Shown in pieces: positions 44,940-55,501 of a stretch of DNA of 64,000 nucleotides. The translations under genes were made by a program, and so were the position numbers. This DNA is from a virus. The notes under the pieces are model-generated. The model did no database searches, was not told the origin of the DNA, and was given only the letters and a program-made list of their open reading frames with translations. The DNA lies in the IMG/VR virus record IMGVR_UViG_3300042905_003904, positions 1-64,000 of that record; one strand, given 5' to 3'. Within the stretch, counting starts at the first letter, position 1. The number at the start of each line of letters is the position of its first letter.

Positions 44940-47518
44940 TGCAAAGCTGGCGCAATATTTTCTATTCATCCCGGGAGAATAAAGTAATTTTATGGACCTG
45001 GAATGACGAAGGCAAACGAATCAAAGTAGAAACCTCTTATGAGCCATATCTCTACATTGAATCGAAGAATCATCAGGATGCTGTTAGCATTTTCAACACT
45101 TCGCTGAAGAAACTGACGTTTAAGAATCAATTTGAACGCAGCAAATTCGCTAACGAAACGCCCATCCACAGGCTTTTCCACAACATTGGCTGCGAACAGC
45201 AGTTCTTGCTGCAAATGTATAAGGACGAAAACCAAAAACCGGATTTCGCCCAGTTTCCTTTGAAGATATTTCATCTGGATATTGAAACCTACAACGGCGA
45301 TGGTCGAGGATTTTCTACCCCAGAAGAAGCTTTTGCTCCCATCAACCTAATCACCATCTATGATACTCTTTCCGAAACGTATCATACTTGGGGGTTAGGA
45401 GAATATACTTCTAAAAAGGATAATGAAAAATACTACTTCTGTAAATCGGAGCAAGTTCTTTTACAGAAGTTTCTAGCCTTTTGGGAAGCAGACTTTCCAG
45501 ATATTGTGGCTGGGTGGAATATTATGGGATATGATATTCCCTATTTGATTAATCGGATCACCAATCTATTTGGAAAAGAAGAAGCTTCCAGACTATCCCC
45601 AGTCGGGACTTTATATTTTCGAGAGAATGTTGGTAGGGATAAGTTTGGTAAGGTCATTAATAAGTGGCACATTCGAGGATTGTCTTTAATTGATTCCATG
45701 GAAGTCTATATTACCTTCGCTCGTGGTAGCAGAGAATCCTATTCCTTGGGATATATTGGGGAATATGAATTAGGAGAAAGTAAAACCAATACCAATGGAA
45801 TGAATTTGGCTAAGCTTTCTCAGGAGAATTGGCCGTTGTTTGTAGAGTATAACATTCAAGACGTAAAACTTCTGGTGAATCTGGAGGAGAAATTGAAATT
45901 TCTGCGATTGGTAAGAACTCTTTCTTATCGCGGTTTCATTACTTTCGAAAGCGCCTTAGGAAAAGTCTCGATGATTACAGGGGCTGTGGCTAATCAGGCT
46001 ATGAAAATGGGATTTGTAATCCCAACCTTTAAGAATTTGGCTGATCGGATTGCTTATGAAGGAGGTTATGTGCATGAACCAGAGCGAGGATTGCATAATG
46101 GAGTGATTAGTTATGATGCTAATAGTTTGTATCCAAATACCATCATTACTCTTAACATTTCTCCTGAGACCAAAATTGGTAGAATAACCAATCGAACAGA
46201 AACGGATGTTACTATCCTGTTAGCTAACTATAAATCCGTAACTTTATCCCAAGAAAAGTATCAAAAGTTGGTTAAACAGGAAAAGTTATCCATTTCCAAG
46301 TATGATGTTTTATATACCCAGAAGTTTAAAGGGGTTATTCCTGAACTGATCGATAAATTTTACCAAGAGCGCGTTTCTTCTCGCAAAGAAATGAATGCCT
46401 GTAAGAAAAAGGTAAAGAAGGAGACGGACCCAGCTCTACAAGCAAAGTTAAACCAAAGAATTCTGGACTTGGATACCATTCAGAACACCATGAAATTGCT
46501 CCTAAATTCATTATACGGTGTCTTTGCACAGAAATTTTCCCCCCTCTTCGACATTGATCATTCTGGAAGCATTACCCTGACAGGCCAGCACACTATTAAG
46601 CAGGCAGCTGATATTGCTTATGGTTATGCTCAACATCGGGGATTTAAAGGAACTAAAAATCAGATTTATCTCTATTCGGACACCGATTCTATTTTCGTAG
46701 CAGCCGAACCCCTTATTAATGTTAAGGGATCTTTGGTGGAAGCGGACGGAGAATTAAATACCTTGGTTAAAAGTAGTGTGCAAGGTTTTGATGATTACCT
46801 AAATGAAGAAATTAAGAGATGGGCGCAGAAAGAACTGAATTCTGCTGATCCACGTTTAGTATTCAAACGGGAAGCTGTTTGTGACAAAGCCGTTTTCATG
46901 GAAAAGAAGCGGTATATTCTTCATGTCATCAACCAAGAAGATGTTCCGAGTAACTATTTCAAGTATGTTGGCGTAGAAATTGCTCGGTCTACTATGTCTA
47001 AGGAAGTAAAAGAGCTGGTAAAGGCTGTTCTAGAGAATGCTATTTTGAATGGAGATCGGAAAACCGCTAATGCTATATACCAAAAGGCCTATGCTGACTA
47101 TCAGAATCTCCCCATTGAAGCCCAGGCATTCCGAAGTAAGATTTCAGACTTGGAAAAGCAGGAATTGAAGCGAGGGGAACATGGAGAGATTGGTAAACAT
47201 ACCCCCAGCCATGCTAAGTCGGCTATTTATTATAATGATTTCCTGAAGAAACTTCAAATTGACACCAAATATCCGGCTATTGGATCTGGAATAAAAATGA
47301 AGTGGTTCTACGCCGCAAAGAATCCTTATAATTTGAAGAATATGGGATTCATCGATGTATATCCTCCAGAAGTAGCCGCTCATGTGCAGCCAGACATGCA
47401 GAAGATGTTTGATAAGAGTGTAGCTCCACCTATTACTCGGTTGTATGAATGTATTAACTGGCAAATCACCCAGCCAGGTCATGAAACCACCGTTGACTTG
47501 TTTGAATTATTCGCTTAA
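44939..47518 (+). CDS. gp43: Family B DNA polymerase (gp43-like)
   Basis: DIET exonuclease, GWN...YDIPY, YNIQD, YDANSLYP, KLLLNSLYG, YSDTDS, KKRY. Confidence 0.96.
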   Translation: MQSWRNIFYSSRENKVILWTWNDEGKRIKVETSYEPYLYIESKNHQDAVSIFNTSLKKLTFKNQFERSKFANETPIHRLFHNIGCEQQFLLQMYKDENQKPDFAQFPLKIFHLDIETYNGDGRGFSTPEEAFAPINLITIYDTLSETYHTWGLGEYTSKKDNEKYYFCKSEQVLLQKFLAFWEADFPDIVAGWNIMGYDIPYLINRITNLFGKEEASRLSPVGTLYFRENVGRDKFGKVINKWHIRGLSLIDSMEVYITFARGSRESYSLGYIGEYELGESKTNTNGMNLAKLSQENWPLFVEYNIQDVKLLVNLEEKLKFLRLVRTLSYRGFITFESALGKVSMITGAVANQAMKMGFVIPTFKNLADRIAYEGGYVHEPERGLHNGVISYDANSLYPNTIITLNISPETKIGRITNRTETDVTILLANYKSVTLSQEKYQKLVKQEKLSISKYDVLYTQKFKGVIPELIDKFYQERVSSRKEMNACKKKVKKETDPALQAKLNQRILDLDTIQNTMKLLLNSLYGVFAQKFSPLFDIDHSGSITLTGQHTIKQAADIAYGYAQHRGFKGTKNQIYLYSDTDSIFVAAEPLINVKGSLVEADGELNTLVKSSVQGFDDYLNEEIKRWAQKELNSADPRLVFKREAVCDKAVFMEKKRYILHVINQEDVPSNYFKYVGVEIARSTMSKEVKELVKAVLENAILNGDRKTANAIYQKAYADYQNLPIEAQAFRSKISDLEKQELKRGEHGEIGKHTPSHAKSAIYYNDFLKKLQIDTKYPAIGSGIKMKWFYAAKNPYNLKNMGFIDVYPPEVAAHVQPDMQKMFDKSVAPPITRLYECINWQITQPGHETTVDLFELFA

Positions 47519-47519
47519 A

Positions 47520-47735
47520 ATGCTTTGTCAATCTACATACAACGGAGAATGGTTTACAGTAACTATAGACAGATCAACTATGGAACGAGGGTATGTTTTA
47601 AAAACTCGTAACCCCAACGGAGAGTTTATCAGTCACAATACTCCATTGAAGCGAAAGGAGTTTATTGACAAATTTGGTTTCTCTCCAGAATACCCTCACT
47701 TGATTTATTTTGAATTCCCAGAAAAATCAAATTAA
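47520..47735 (+). CDS. Hypothetical protein
   Basis: 71-aa ORF from ATG 47520. Confidence 0.45.
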   Translation: MLCQSTYNGEWFTVTIDRSTMERGYVLKTRNPNGEFISHNTPLKRKEFIDKFGFSPEYPHLIYFEFPEKSN

Positions 47736-47743
47736 ATTCGTTT

Positions 47744-48628
47744 ATGACTAAACCAATCCAAATCGCCCATGAGGCCCCCATCTCTTTGATGTCCCTAGTT
47801 CGAGAATTAACGGATTATGACTATGCGCTGGTGCATCTCCTGGATCAAGATCCAAACTATGTCGAATACTTCAAGCAATCTAAGGCTATGGGCCGAAAGA
47901 TCATCATGGACTGCAGTGTTTATGAGCTAGGACACTCCTATGATTGGGAGAAATATGATTATTGGATTCGAACGATCCAACCAGATGAGTATGTTGTGCC
48001 AGATATATTCATGAAGATGGAAGAGAATCATAATGAATTTGACAAATGGAATACTAGTTTTGGTTATAATATTAAAGAAGACGGAATAAACACTAAAACT
48101 ATTGGAGTGGTTCAAGGAAATACCTTAGAAGAATTTGAAATGGGATATAAATTTATGGCTGCTCATGCAGATAAGATTGCCATCAGTTTTGGTTATGGAT
48201 ATTTCTGGGATGAATATCTAAACAACAACTATGTAAATGAATTTATAGAAAATGGGCTTAGTGCTACTAAAACTAAATTTAAACCCCTGGCATATCATGA
48301 TGGTCGACGCAAACTATTAAAACATTTCATAGACCGGGGAATTATCAATTACAACAAACCGCATCATTTGTTGGGTTGTGGTTTGCCGGATGAATTTCGG
48401 CTATATGCAGACGAAGATGAATATTCTTTTATTGAATCTATTGATACTACTCATCCAGTCATGACGGCTATGAATGCTACTTTATATCCCTATGGAATGG
48501 ATAGAAAATCTGATAAGAAAATGGTGGATCTTTATGACCAACAGTTCCATGAAGAAGTAAAGGATACGGTTATTAAGAATGTGAACTATTTCCGAGAAGA
48601 AATTTGTGGATATTCCAAGCTAAACTAG
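47744..48628 (+). CDS. TGT/DpdA-like TIM-barrel transglycosylase (divergent)
   Basis: IMDCS..E, VPD, IGVVQG, HHLLG, ESIDTT match the TGT-family motif order; Que genes in the same genome. Confidence 0.65.
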   Translation: MTKPIQIAHEAPISLMSLVRELTDYDYALVHLLDQDPNYVEYFKQSKAMGRKIIMDCSVYELGHSYDWEKYDYWIRTIQPDEYVVPDIFMKMEENHNEFDKWNTSFGYNIKEDGINTKTIGVVQGNTLEEFEMGYKFMAAHADKIAISFGYGYFWDEYLNNNYVNEFIENGLSATKTKFKPLAYHDGRRKLLKHFIDRGIINYNKPHHLLGCGLPDEFRLYADEDEYSFIESIDTTHPVMTAMNATLYPYGMDRKSDKKMVDLYDQQFHEEVKDTVIKNVNYFREEICGYSKLN

Positions 48629-48641
48629 AGATACTTCCAAT

Positions 48642-49859
48642 ATGTATCAAGTAATCGACGGAATTCCTGTTTGGGGTGAACCAATCCCAAATGCTATTAA
48701 GCAACTTTCTGTTTGTGTTAATAAAGCTAAAGATATGGGTGTTTTTGTTGGAGCGGCATTAACCGCGGACCACCACCCGGGATATTCTTGCCCTATTGGG
48801 GGAGTCTTAGCTTTAAGAGGAGCTATTTCTCCTTCTGTTACAGGATTCGATCAAGCGTGTGGCAATAAAGCAGTATTGACTGATGCAAAACTTTCTGATA
48901 TAAGAGACAATATATCAACTATCATGGATGATATATTTAAAAACATCTCCTTTGGCATAGGTAGAAAAAATAATGACGGAATAGACCATTCAGTATTCGA
49001 TAATCCTTCATGGAACATACCTGTTTGTGCAGAGTTAAAGGAAATGGCTAGAGAACAGTTGACCACGGTGGGGTCTGGTAATCACTATGTTGATATCTTT
49101 CATGATGAGTTGGAAAGAATTTGGATAGGCGTTCACTTTGGGTCTAGGGGATTGGGTCATAAACTAGCTACCCACTTCATTAAAGCTGGTGGCGGCAAGG
49201 ATGGTATTGACGTCGAACCGGTAATTTTGGAAGAAGGAACCGATTTAGGCCGACAATATATTGACGGTATGGCGCTTTGCGGGGAATATGCTTATGCTGG
49301 AAGAGATTTGGTTTGTTCTAAAGTAGCAAATATCTTGGGGGCAAACATTTTAGAAGAAGTTCACAATCATCACAATTTCGCCTGGGAGGAATGGCATCCA
49401 GAATTTACTAAAAACGATGACTATGTTTGGGTCGGACGCAAGGGCGCTACTCCTGCTTTCCCTGGTCAAAGGGGATTTGTCGGTGGAACCATGGGAGAAA
49501 ACTCTGTCATTTTAGAAGGAGTAGATTCTGCAGAATCTAAATTGTCTTTATATTCCACAGTTCATGGAGCAGGACGAGTAATGTCTCGAACGGCTGCTGC
49601 TGGCAAATCTAAATGGAAAAATGGCGTTAAGACCAGAGTTTCTGAAGGTCTAGTTTCCCAGGAAATGATGAATGATTGGGTGAAAACTAAGGCTAAAGTA
49701 GAATTACGCGGAGCCGGAGTGGATGAATCTCCACATTGCTATAAGCGTCTGGACGAAGTTCTGGATGCCCACAAAGAAACCATTAAGATTCTACATACTC
49801 TTACTCCAATTGGAGTGGCTATGTGCCCTGATGGAGTTATAGATCCATTTAAAGATTAA
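48642..49859 (+). CDS. rtcB: RtcB RNA ligase
   Basis: D.HPGY..PIGG, G.D..CG, GSGNHY, HFGSRG.G, HNHHN, RKGATPA, HGAGRVMSR, DESP..YK. Confidence 0.93.
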   Translation: MYQVIDGIPVWGEPIPNAIKQLSVCVNKAKDMGVFVGAALTADHHPGYSCPIGGVLALRGAISPSVTGFDQACGNKAVLTDAKLSDIRDNISTIMDDIFKNISFGIGRKNNDGIDHSVFDNPSWNIPVCAELKEMAREQLTTVGSGNHYVDIFHDELERIWIGVHFGSRGLGHKLATHFIKAGGGKDGIDVEPVILEEGTDLGRQYIDGMALCGEYAYAGRDLVCSKVANILGANILEEVHNHHNFAWEEWHPEFTKNDDYVWVGRKGATPAFPGQRGFVGGTMGENSVILEGVDSAESKLSLYSTVHGAGRVMSRTAAAGKSKWKNGVKTRVSEGLVSQEMMNDWVKTKAKVELRGAGVDESPHCYKRLDEVLDAHKETIKILHTLTPIGVAMCPDGVIDPFKD

Positions 49860-49906
49860 TATCCACTTGAAATTCCCAAAAACTAACTTAAAATTATAAC
49901 TAATCT

Positions 49907-50332
49907 ATGAGCGACACAAACACACCCACTAATCCAAACCCAGTTATCATCTTTCTCGACGCCGTTGGCCGAACTATTATAGGACAATTAGTTTCAGAAG
50001 ACGAAACTATTTTAAAGGTTAAGAACCCAGCTATCCTACATGTCGTAGCCACTGCTCCGTCCCAGCAGAATCCTCAAGGGGGTATGCAGGTGCAGACCAT
50101 CCCAGTCTTCTTCCAAGAATTTGCAGGAGATAAGACCGCAGATGTGGTCCTGTCCTATCCCAAGGTTAATCTGGTCCGCACAGACGTGCCTGTATTGGAT
50201 TACCGTTTGGAGCAACAGTATAGAAATATCTTCAACAAGGATAACATTATTGTTCCGCCAGGAACAGCCAACGGCATTGTTGCACCAGGACAGACTGAAA
50301 AGTCCAATATCATCAAGTTGTTTGGTAACTAA
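49907..50332 (+). CDS. Sm-like fold hypothetical protein
   Basis: GRTIIG......LKVKNPA...; IIVP tail; lies upstream of UvsX. Confidence 0.6.
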   Translation: MSDTNTPTNPNPVIIFLDAVGRTIIGQLVSEDETILKVKNPAILHVVATAPSQQNPQGGMQVQTIPVFFQEFAGDKTADVVLSYPKVNLVRTDVPVLDYRLEQQYRNIFNKDNIIVPPGTANGIVAPGQTEKSNIIKLFGN

Positions 50333-50338
50333 TCCATT

Positions 50339-51490
50339 ATGGCTAAAAAATCAAAAGAAGGATTTGGAGCAGAGATAGATAACATCTTTGCCGACATTGA
50401 TAAGATCAACCCAGAAGCAGCATTTCTAAATAACAGCACTCTTTCCAAAGTAGATAGTTGGATTGATACGGGTTGTTATGCTCTGAATGTAATTTGCAGT
50501 GGTTCTTTGTATAAAGGAGTTCCGTCTGGCCGTATTACTGGATTTGTTGGACCCTCTGCTACTGGTAAATCGTTCATCATTAACAAGATTATTGGCAATG
50601 CCCAAAAGAAAGGGCGGTTTGCTGTAGGATTTGACACCGAAGTGGCTATCGATGAAGGATCGGTGATTAATGTTGGAGGAGATCCTACTCGGTTTAAGCA
50701 CGTTCCTATTGAAACGATTGGGGAAGCCCGAAACCAAATGAATAGGTTTCTAACTAATGTAAACAATGCAGGGCAAAGGAGCAAATTCATTATGTCCATT
50801 GATTCTTTGGGCAATTTGATTTCTACCAAGGAAAAGGCAGACATTCTAGCTGGTAAGGATGCCATGGACATGGGTGCTCGCGCCCGAGAAATGAAAAGTT
50901 TCATTCGATCCATCACCTATCCAGTAGCACGGGCTGATATTCCAGTGTTATTCTCTAACCATGTGTATGATGATCCATCTGCTATGTTTGATTCTATGGT
51001 AAAGAATCAGTCTGGTGGAAAAGCTATCCAGTATCTGGCCTCCTTAGCTGTTCAATTATCAGTGACCCAAGAAAAATCTGGAGCTACTGGTTCTAATGTA
51101 AACCGGGACGCCACAGAAGATGTTAGTCCCATTGCTCGAAAGGGAGTTAATGGAGTTACTATTCGAGCACTAACGATTAAGAATCGCTTTGCGCCACCCT
51201 TTTTGGAAGCAGAACTATATCTGAACTTCACCACAGGCCTGGAAAAGTATTCTGGTCTATTAGATATGGCTGTTGGCTACGGAGCTATTATCCAAACAGG
51301 AACGACCTATACTCTGTTGGATGGGAAAAAACTAGGATTCTATAAGCAATGGAGAAGTGATGAAACCTTGTGGGAAGAAACTATTCTTCCTGAATTGGAG
51401 AAACAATTACAAGCGAAACTAAAATTCAACAATGCGACCGAACCAGAAGAAATTGAAACCGATGAGGAGGAAACTACCGATGAAGTATAA
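50339..51490 (+). CDS. uvsX: RecA-like recombinase UvsX
   Basis: IDTGCYALN...SGS, GPSATGKS, DTE, IDSLGNL, NHVY, SGG, KNRF. Confidence 0.93.
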   Translation: MAKKSKEGFGAEIDNIFADIDKINPEAAFLNNSTLSKVDSWIDTGCYALNVICSGSLYKGVPSGRITGFVGPSATGKSFIINKIIGNAQKKGRFAVGFDTEVAIDEGSVINVGGDPTRFKHVPIETIGEARNQMNRFLTNVNNAGQRSKFIMSIDSLGNLISTKEKADILAGKDAMDMGARAREMKSFIRSITYPVARADIPVLFSNHVYDDPSAMFDSMVKNQSGGKAIQYLASLAVQLSVTQEKSGATGSNVNRDATEDVSPIARKGVNGVTIRALTIKNRFAPPFLEAELYLNFTTGLEKYSGLLDMAVGYGAIIQTGTTYTLLDGKKLGFYKQWRSDETLWEETILPELEKQLQAKLKFNNATEPEEIETDEEETTDEV

Positions 51491-52130
51491 TGATCCACTA
51501 AAAGATTCTTGGGACAAATTAATGTCCACCACAGACATTTATGTTAATTATCAAGTGCTAAAGGAATCTCATCAAACACTAAAAGAATCTTATGAGATCC
51601 TAGAAAAATATAATAAAAATCAGCGAGAAACTATTATCAAATTACAAAAGGATTCAAAGGATTTATATGACGTCCGCAGACAAAACAAAAATCTTTCAGC
51701 GGACATTACACGTTTGGATCAGGATTTAAAGAACGCTGATGAAGAATTTGGTATTTTAGAAGATGCATATGATGATTTGGCTGATAAACTAGCACAATCC
51801 ACCAGAGAAATTGATAGGAAAGAATCCCTTATCAAGGATTATCAGAGCCAGCTAAAAACGATAAGCAAATCCTTCGATGCACATCGACTAAATGCCGACA
51901 GGCTTGAAAATGAAAATCATCGACTGATAGGTGCATTAGACAGAGCAGACCAGGCGAACATCAATTTGAAAGATCAATTGGCAAAATTGGAGGCTAACCA
52001 ACCCCATCCAGGAGATGTTAAGATGGGTGCTATTATTAAGAGGGCTTATCAGGAGCTACAAGCCGCCGAATTAGAAAAGAATCTTTGCAGGCCGCAAGAT
52101 TATGAATTAAAGAAAACTGTTTGGAAGTAA
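51480..52130 (+). CDS. Coiled-coil protein
   Basis: Heptad-rich ORF of ~216 aa. Confidence 0.6.
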   Translation: MKYNDPLKDSWDKLMSTTDIYVNYQVLKESHQTLKESYEILEKYNKNQRETIIKLQKDSKDLYDVRRQNKNLSADITRLDQDLKNADEEFGILEDAYDDLADKLAQSTREIDRKESLIKDYQSQLKTISKSFDAHRLNADRLENENHRLIGALDRADQANINLKDQLAKLEANQPHPGDVKMGAIIKRAYQELQAAELEKNLCRPQDYELKKTVWK

Positions 52131-52131
52131 T

Positions 52132-52332
52132 ATGACCTTTACCATTTTACCAGAAGAACTGGAAAAACTAGATGCTTGGATGAAGACCAAAAACTTAAAC
52201 AAGTATGGCGGTGCGATGGGTGGTAGGTTTACCTACAGTTTCACCCCAACTTCGATAGGAATGGCTATTCAAGTTACTGATGCTATGGAACAAAAAGACA
52301 CTATAGACATTTCAGATTATGAAGGATGGTAA
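52132..52332 (+). CDS. Conserved small phage protein
   Basis: GAMGGRFTYSFTPTSIG...D..DY..W. Confidence 0.7.
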   Translation: MTFTILPEELEKLDAWMKTKNLNKYGGAMGGRFTYSFTPTSIGMAIQVTDAMEQKDTIDISDYEGW

Positions 52333-52367
52333 CTAGAAATCCCAGAAAGATATATTAGAATACTAAC

Positions 52368-52865
52368 ATGTTTAAATCTACAAAAATATTAGAGTTGGGT
52401 AGCTGCTGCTTCAGACAAGAAGCAGCCAAAGAGGGCAGAAACGCGGGAACTCGTTCTCATCGATGCAGTTATACGCATGGATATTTATTGAGGGGGAAAT
52501 TTGAATTCTCAACCAATGAATTGGATCATCGTAATTGGTGTGTTGATTATGGTGGGTTAAGTGGATTAAAGGAAATTCTTAAAAACCAATTCGACCACAC
52601 GCTTCTTTGTGCGAAGAATGACTCCTTACTTCCATTATACCAAGAACTACATGATAAGGGTGGTTGTGATCTTCGTATTATGGATGGGGTTGGCATTGAA
52701 AAGACCGCTGAATGGTGTTATCACGCTGCGCAAGCCTTTATAGACCAAGAAACTAATGGTCGATGCTGGGTTTCTAAGGTAGAAGTTTGGGAACATGAAT
52801 TAAATTCAGCTATCTATATTCCTCCCTTTGGAGATCCCTTTAAATATTTTCCCACACATGAATGA
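52368..52865 (+). CDS. queD: 6-carboxy-5,6,7,8-tetrahydropterin synthase QueD
   Basis: C...HGY, WCVDYGGL..LK..L...FDHT, E..AE, VWEHELNSAIY. Confidence 0.88.
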   Translation: MFKSTKILELGSCCFRQEAAKEGRNAGTRSHRCSYTHGYLLRGKFEFSTNELDHRNWCVDYGGLSGLKEILKNQFDHTLLCAKNDSLLPLYQELHDKGGCDLRIMDGVGIEKTAEWCYHAAQAFIDQETNGRCWVSKVEVWEHELNSAIYIPPFGDPFKYFPTHE

Positions 52866-53103
52866 CCCTAAAATTGTTTGGTTGGCTGGAGAATACAAAG
52901 AGGAACAACAACCATGGGAAATAATCGGTATTTTTGAAACAGAATACCAAGCCAATGAAGCTTGTAAGACTTTAACTCAATTTATTGGTCCTATTGAAAT
53001 GAATAAACCAGAATACAATCAAGTAAAGTGGGAAGGTTCTTATTTCCCCAGACACGATTCGGTAAGATGGGATGGAGGCTATAATCCAATTTCTACTAAA
53101 TGA
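52858..53103 (+). CDS. Hypothetical protein
   Basis: WEIIGIF..E..A...C....FIGP motif. Confidence 0.55.
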   Translation: MNDPKIVWLAGEYKEEQQPWEIIGIFETEYQANEACKTLTQFIGPIEMNKPEYNQVKWEGSYFPRHDSVRWDGGYNPISTK

Positions 53104-53324
53104 CTACCAAACGTCTTAAACTTCATTTAGAACAGTTACTTTTTGAGTATTTTACCAATCAGAAAGGTAAAGATGCACCTTATGGTATGGATTTGCGTTA
53201 CGGCAAAAGTGGAAAGTTAGTAACCAGAGATATTCCCGGAATTGTGGGCTTTGATGGCTTAATAGAATTTTGGCATCCGTCCGGAAAGAAACAAGTATCT
53301 CTCAAATTTAAACAAAGAAAATAA
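53100..53324 (+). CDS. Hypothetical protein
   Basis: ATGA-coupled 74-aa ORF. Confidence 0.5.
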   Translation: MTTKRLKLHLEQLLFEYFTNQKGKDAPYGMDLRYGKSGKLVTRDIPGIVGFDGLIEFWHPSGKKQVSLKFKQRK

Positions 53325-53325
53325 T

Positions 53326-53631
53326 ATGGCATGGTTTAGCTTCGGTAAATTACCCAAAACCGCAATTAAAGAGGAAGAACCTACAGAGATTCCACCAGAA
53401 TACTATAGTTCCATAATGTTTAAATGTCGTAATTGTCAAAAGGAATTTTCGGGCGCAAAGATCCTCAAAGGAGCTATGGAATATGTAGCAGAAAATCTTG
53501 TTTCCCATGGGAAACACCCTATATACACCACTGATCCCCATGCATTTATTATCTACGACAAATGCAAACACCAATGTTCTGAAGATTGTTGGAGTATTGG
53601 GGACTTTATTAGAATCATAACGAACTCTTGA
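53326..53631 (+). CDS. Hypothetical Cys-containing protein
   Basis: FKCRNC ... HQC...IGDF. Confidence 0.55.
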   Translation: MAWFSFGKLPKTAIKEEEPTEIPPEYYSSIMFKCRNCQKEFSGAKILKGAMEYVAENLVSHGKHPIYTTDPHAFIIYDKCKHQCSEDCWSIGDFIRIITNS

Positions 53632-53656
53632 TTCCTAAGAATTTTTAAGTTAAAAT
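53628..53656 (+). promoter_or_regulatory. sigma70-type promoter TTGATT-N17-TAAAAT, 5 nt before ATG 53662
   Basis: Read directly; the same TTGATT/TAAAAT pair occurs at 59036-59063. Confidence 0.6.
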
Positions 53657-53661
53657 AAGTC

Positions 53662-54108
53662 ATGCGTCAATGGCTGTGCGATCCTAAAATTCTTTGTAGA
53701 AAACATCTCCTCGGAGAACATGTGGAAATACATATGTTCGTCGGACATATCAATAAAGGCAAGAAGGTTACCAAATTTCTCTCCAATAACCTTTTAGAGG
53801 TAGAAAGTTTGGAGTCCCGACATGAGGAATTGGTGGAAGAAATGGAATCTCGAGGGTATAAACACAACAGTCCCTTTCAAGGCTTGCTTCCTCACAATAT
53901 TCCAGATACCAAAATTGATAAAGTGGCTGCTCTAACTGAATTAGTAAATAGGTGTCCAGAATGTCAAAGAAATTGGCATAAACGAAATGTGGATTTGACT
54001 AATAATCATAGTATGTTTATGAAGATAGCCAATACATTGCCTCGAATGGATTGGAATATGTGGGAAGAAGTCGCCAAAAATTCTGGAAAGCAATTGATTA
54101 ATGGCTGA
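53662..54108 (+). CDS. Pyrimidine-dimer DNA glycosylase/endonuclease V-like
   Basis: MR.W..DP..LCRKHLLGEH.E.H ... RH..LV.EM..RGY.H.SP. Confidence 0.78.
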   Translation: MRQWLCDPKILCRKHLLGEHVEIHMFVGHINKGKKVTKFLSNNLLEVESLESRHEELVEEMESRGYKHNSPFQGLLPHNIPDTKIDKVAALTELVNRCPECQRNWHKRNVDLTNNHSMFMKIANTLPRMDWNMWEEVAKNSGKQLING

Positions 54109-55498
54109 AGATACCTTACCACTCAATTTTGAGGAGTTTGAACGCATTATGATCTATAATGCTCTAACAGATTCCTCGTATTTGGATGCTGCTATCGAGT
54201 ATATCGTCCCTTCTTACTTCCAATGCAAGGACACGCGAACTGTATTCTCAATTCTCGCGCATTTTTATGGTGTTCATAAGAAAGTTCCCAACTTAACGGA
54301 ACTAAAGGCCCATATTATTGAAGAAGAACACAAAAGTTCGCTTAAAGCAGTAGTGAAATCCTTCGAAGGGATTGATAAACACTATGACAAAGACCTTTTG
54401 TTGATCAACACGGAAAGGTTCTTGAAGGAGAAGGCTGTTTTAGCTACTTCTATTCGAACCCATGTGGCCATTCAGTCTGGAAGATATGAACCAGCCAAGA
54501 TTCTTCATGAATTTGAAGCAGCATGTGGTATTTCTTTGGTGAATAGTATTGGAATGGACTATTTGGAGAGCATAGACCAGCACTGTAAGGACCTACAAGA
54601 GGTATTTCAGGTCATCCCAACAGGATGGAAGTGGTTAGATGAACGAATTGGTGGGGGATTACAAGCTAAAGGCAGAGCTGTGTATGCTTTCTACGGAGTA
54701 ACTAATGTAGGCAAGTCAATTTTCTTGGGGAATTTAGCAGCCAATATCCTTAGTCAGGATAAATCCGTGCTGCTTGTTACATTGGAAATGTCTGAACAGA
54801 TGTATGCCAAGCGCATCAGTGCTCAACTTTCCAAGATCCCATTTGATAATCTCCCACAAGAGATAGAAGCCTTGAAGGGGTCTTTAGGAACCTATAAACT
54901 TAAACACCGAAAAGCCAAGCTAATTATCAAAGAATTCCCACCCAAAGGAATTAATCCTCTCCAACTCAAGGCATACATTGAGAGGATGAAGAGAAAGGGT
55001 ATTAAATTTGATGTAATTGTTCTGGACTATCTTAATCTATTAGCCCCCTTAACCCACGGAGTCAGTTCTTATGAGGCTATTAAGGAAATTGCAGAACAAT
55101 TAAGAGCATTAACATATTACTTTAGTTGCCCCTTGGTTACAGCCAGTCAGACGAATCGATCTGGATATGGTCAAGTAATGCCAGCATTAGAAACAACAAG
55201 CGAATCTATGGGTCTGGCTCATACGGTCGATTGTCAGATGCCTATTTGGACCGAAGAAGAAGACTTTGACTTGGGTGTTATTCATTTAGGTATCACTAAG
55301 AATCGATTTGGTCCACGAGAATGTTCTACTATTCTCCAAATTGACTACCCCACACTATCATTAACAGATCCAGATGAAGTTTCTAAAGCATATTCTCCTC
55401 CGGTGCCCAATATTCCTGGAAGTTTGAAGAATAAGAAGCCTACTGATACTTCATTGAATAATACCCTTGATTTAATAGAAAAATTAGGAGAAAATTAA
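54101..55498 (+). CDS. gp41: Replicative DnaB-like helicase (gp41)
   Basis: PTGW..LD...GG, TNVGKS, TLEMSE, IIKEFP, LDYLNL, TASQTNR, SESMGL, KNRFG. Confidence 0.94.
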   Translation: MAEDTLPLNFEEFERIMIYNALTDSSYLDAAIEYIVPSYFQCKDTRTVFSILAHFYGVHKKVPNLTELKAHIIEEEHKSSLKAVVKSFEGIDKHYDKDLLLINTERFLKEKAVLATSIRTHVAIQSGRYEPAKILHEFEAACGISLVNSIGMDYLESIDQHCKDLQEVFQVIPTGWKWLDERIGGGLQAKGRAVYAFYGVTNVGKSIFLGNLAANILSQDKSVLLVTLEMSEQMYAKRISAQLSKIPFDNLPQEIEALKGSLGTYKLKHRKAKLIIKEFPPKGINPLQLKAYIERMKRKGIKFDVIVLDYLNLLAPLTHGVSSYEAIKEIAEQLRALTYYFSCPLVTASQTNRSGYGQVMPALETTSESMGLAHTVDCQMPIWTEEEDFDLGVIHLGITKNRFGPRECSTILQIDYPTLSLTDPDEVSKAYSPPVPNIPGSLKNKKPTDTSLNNTLDLIEKLGEN

Positions 55499-55501
55499 TT
55501 T

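Noticed and set aside
44939-55498. Introns or inteins in polymerase, RtcB, UvsX or helicase
   Set aside because: All have normal lengths and contiguous motifs
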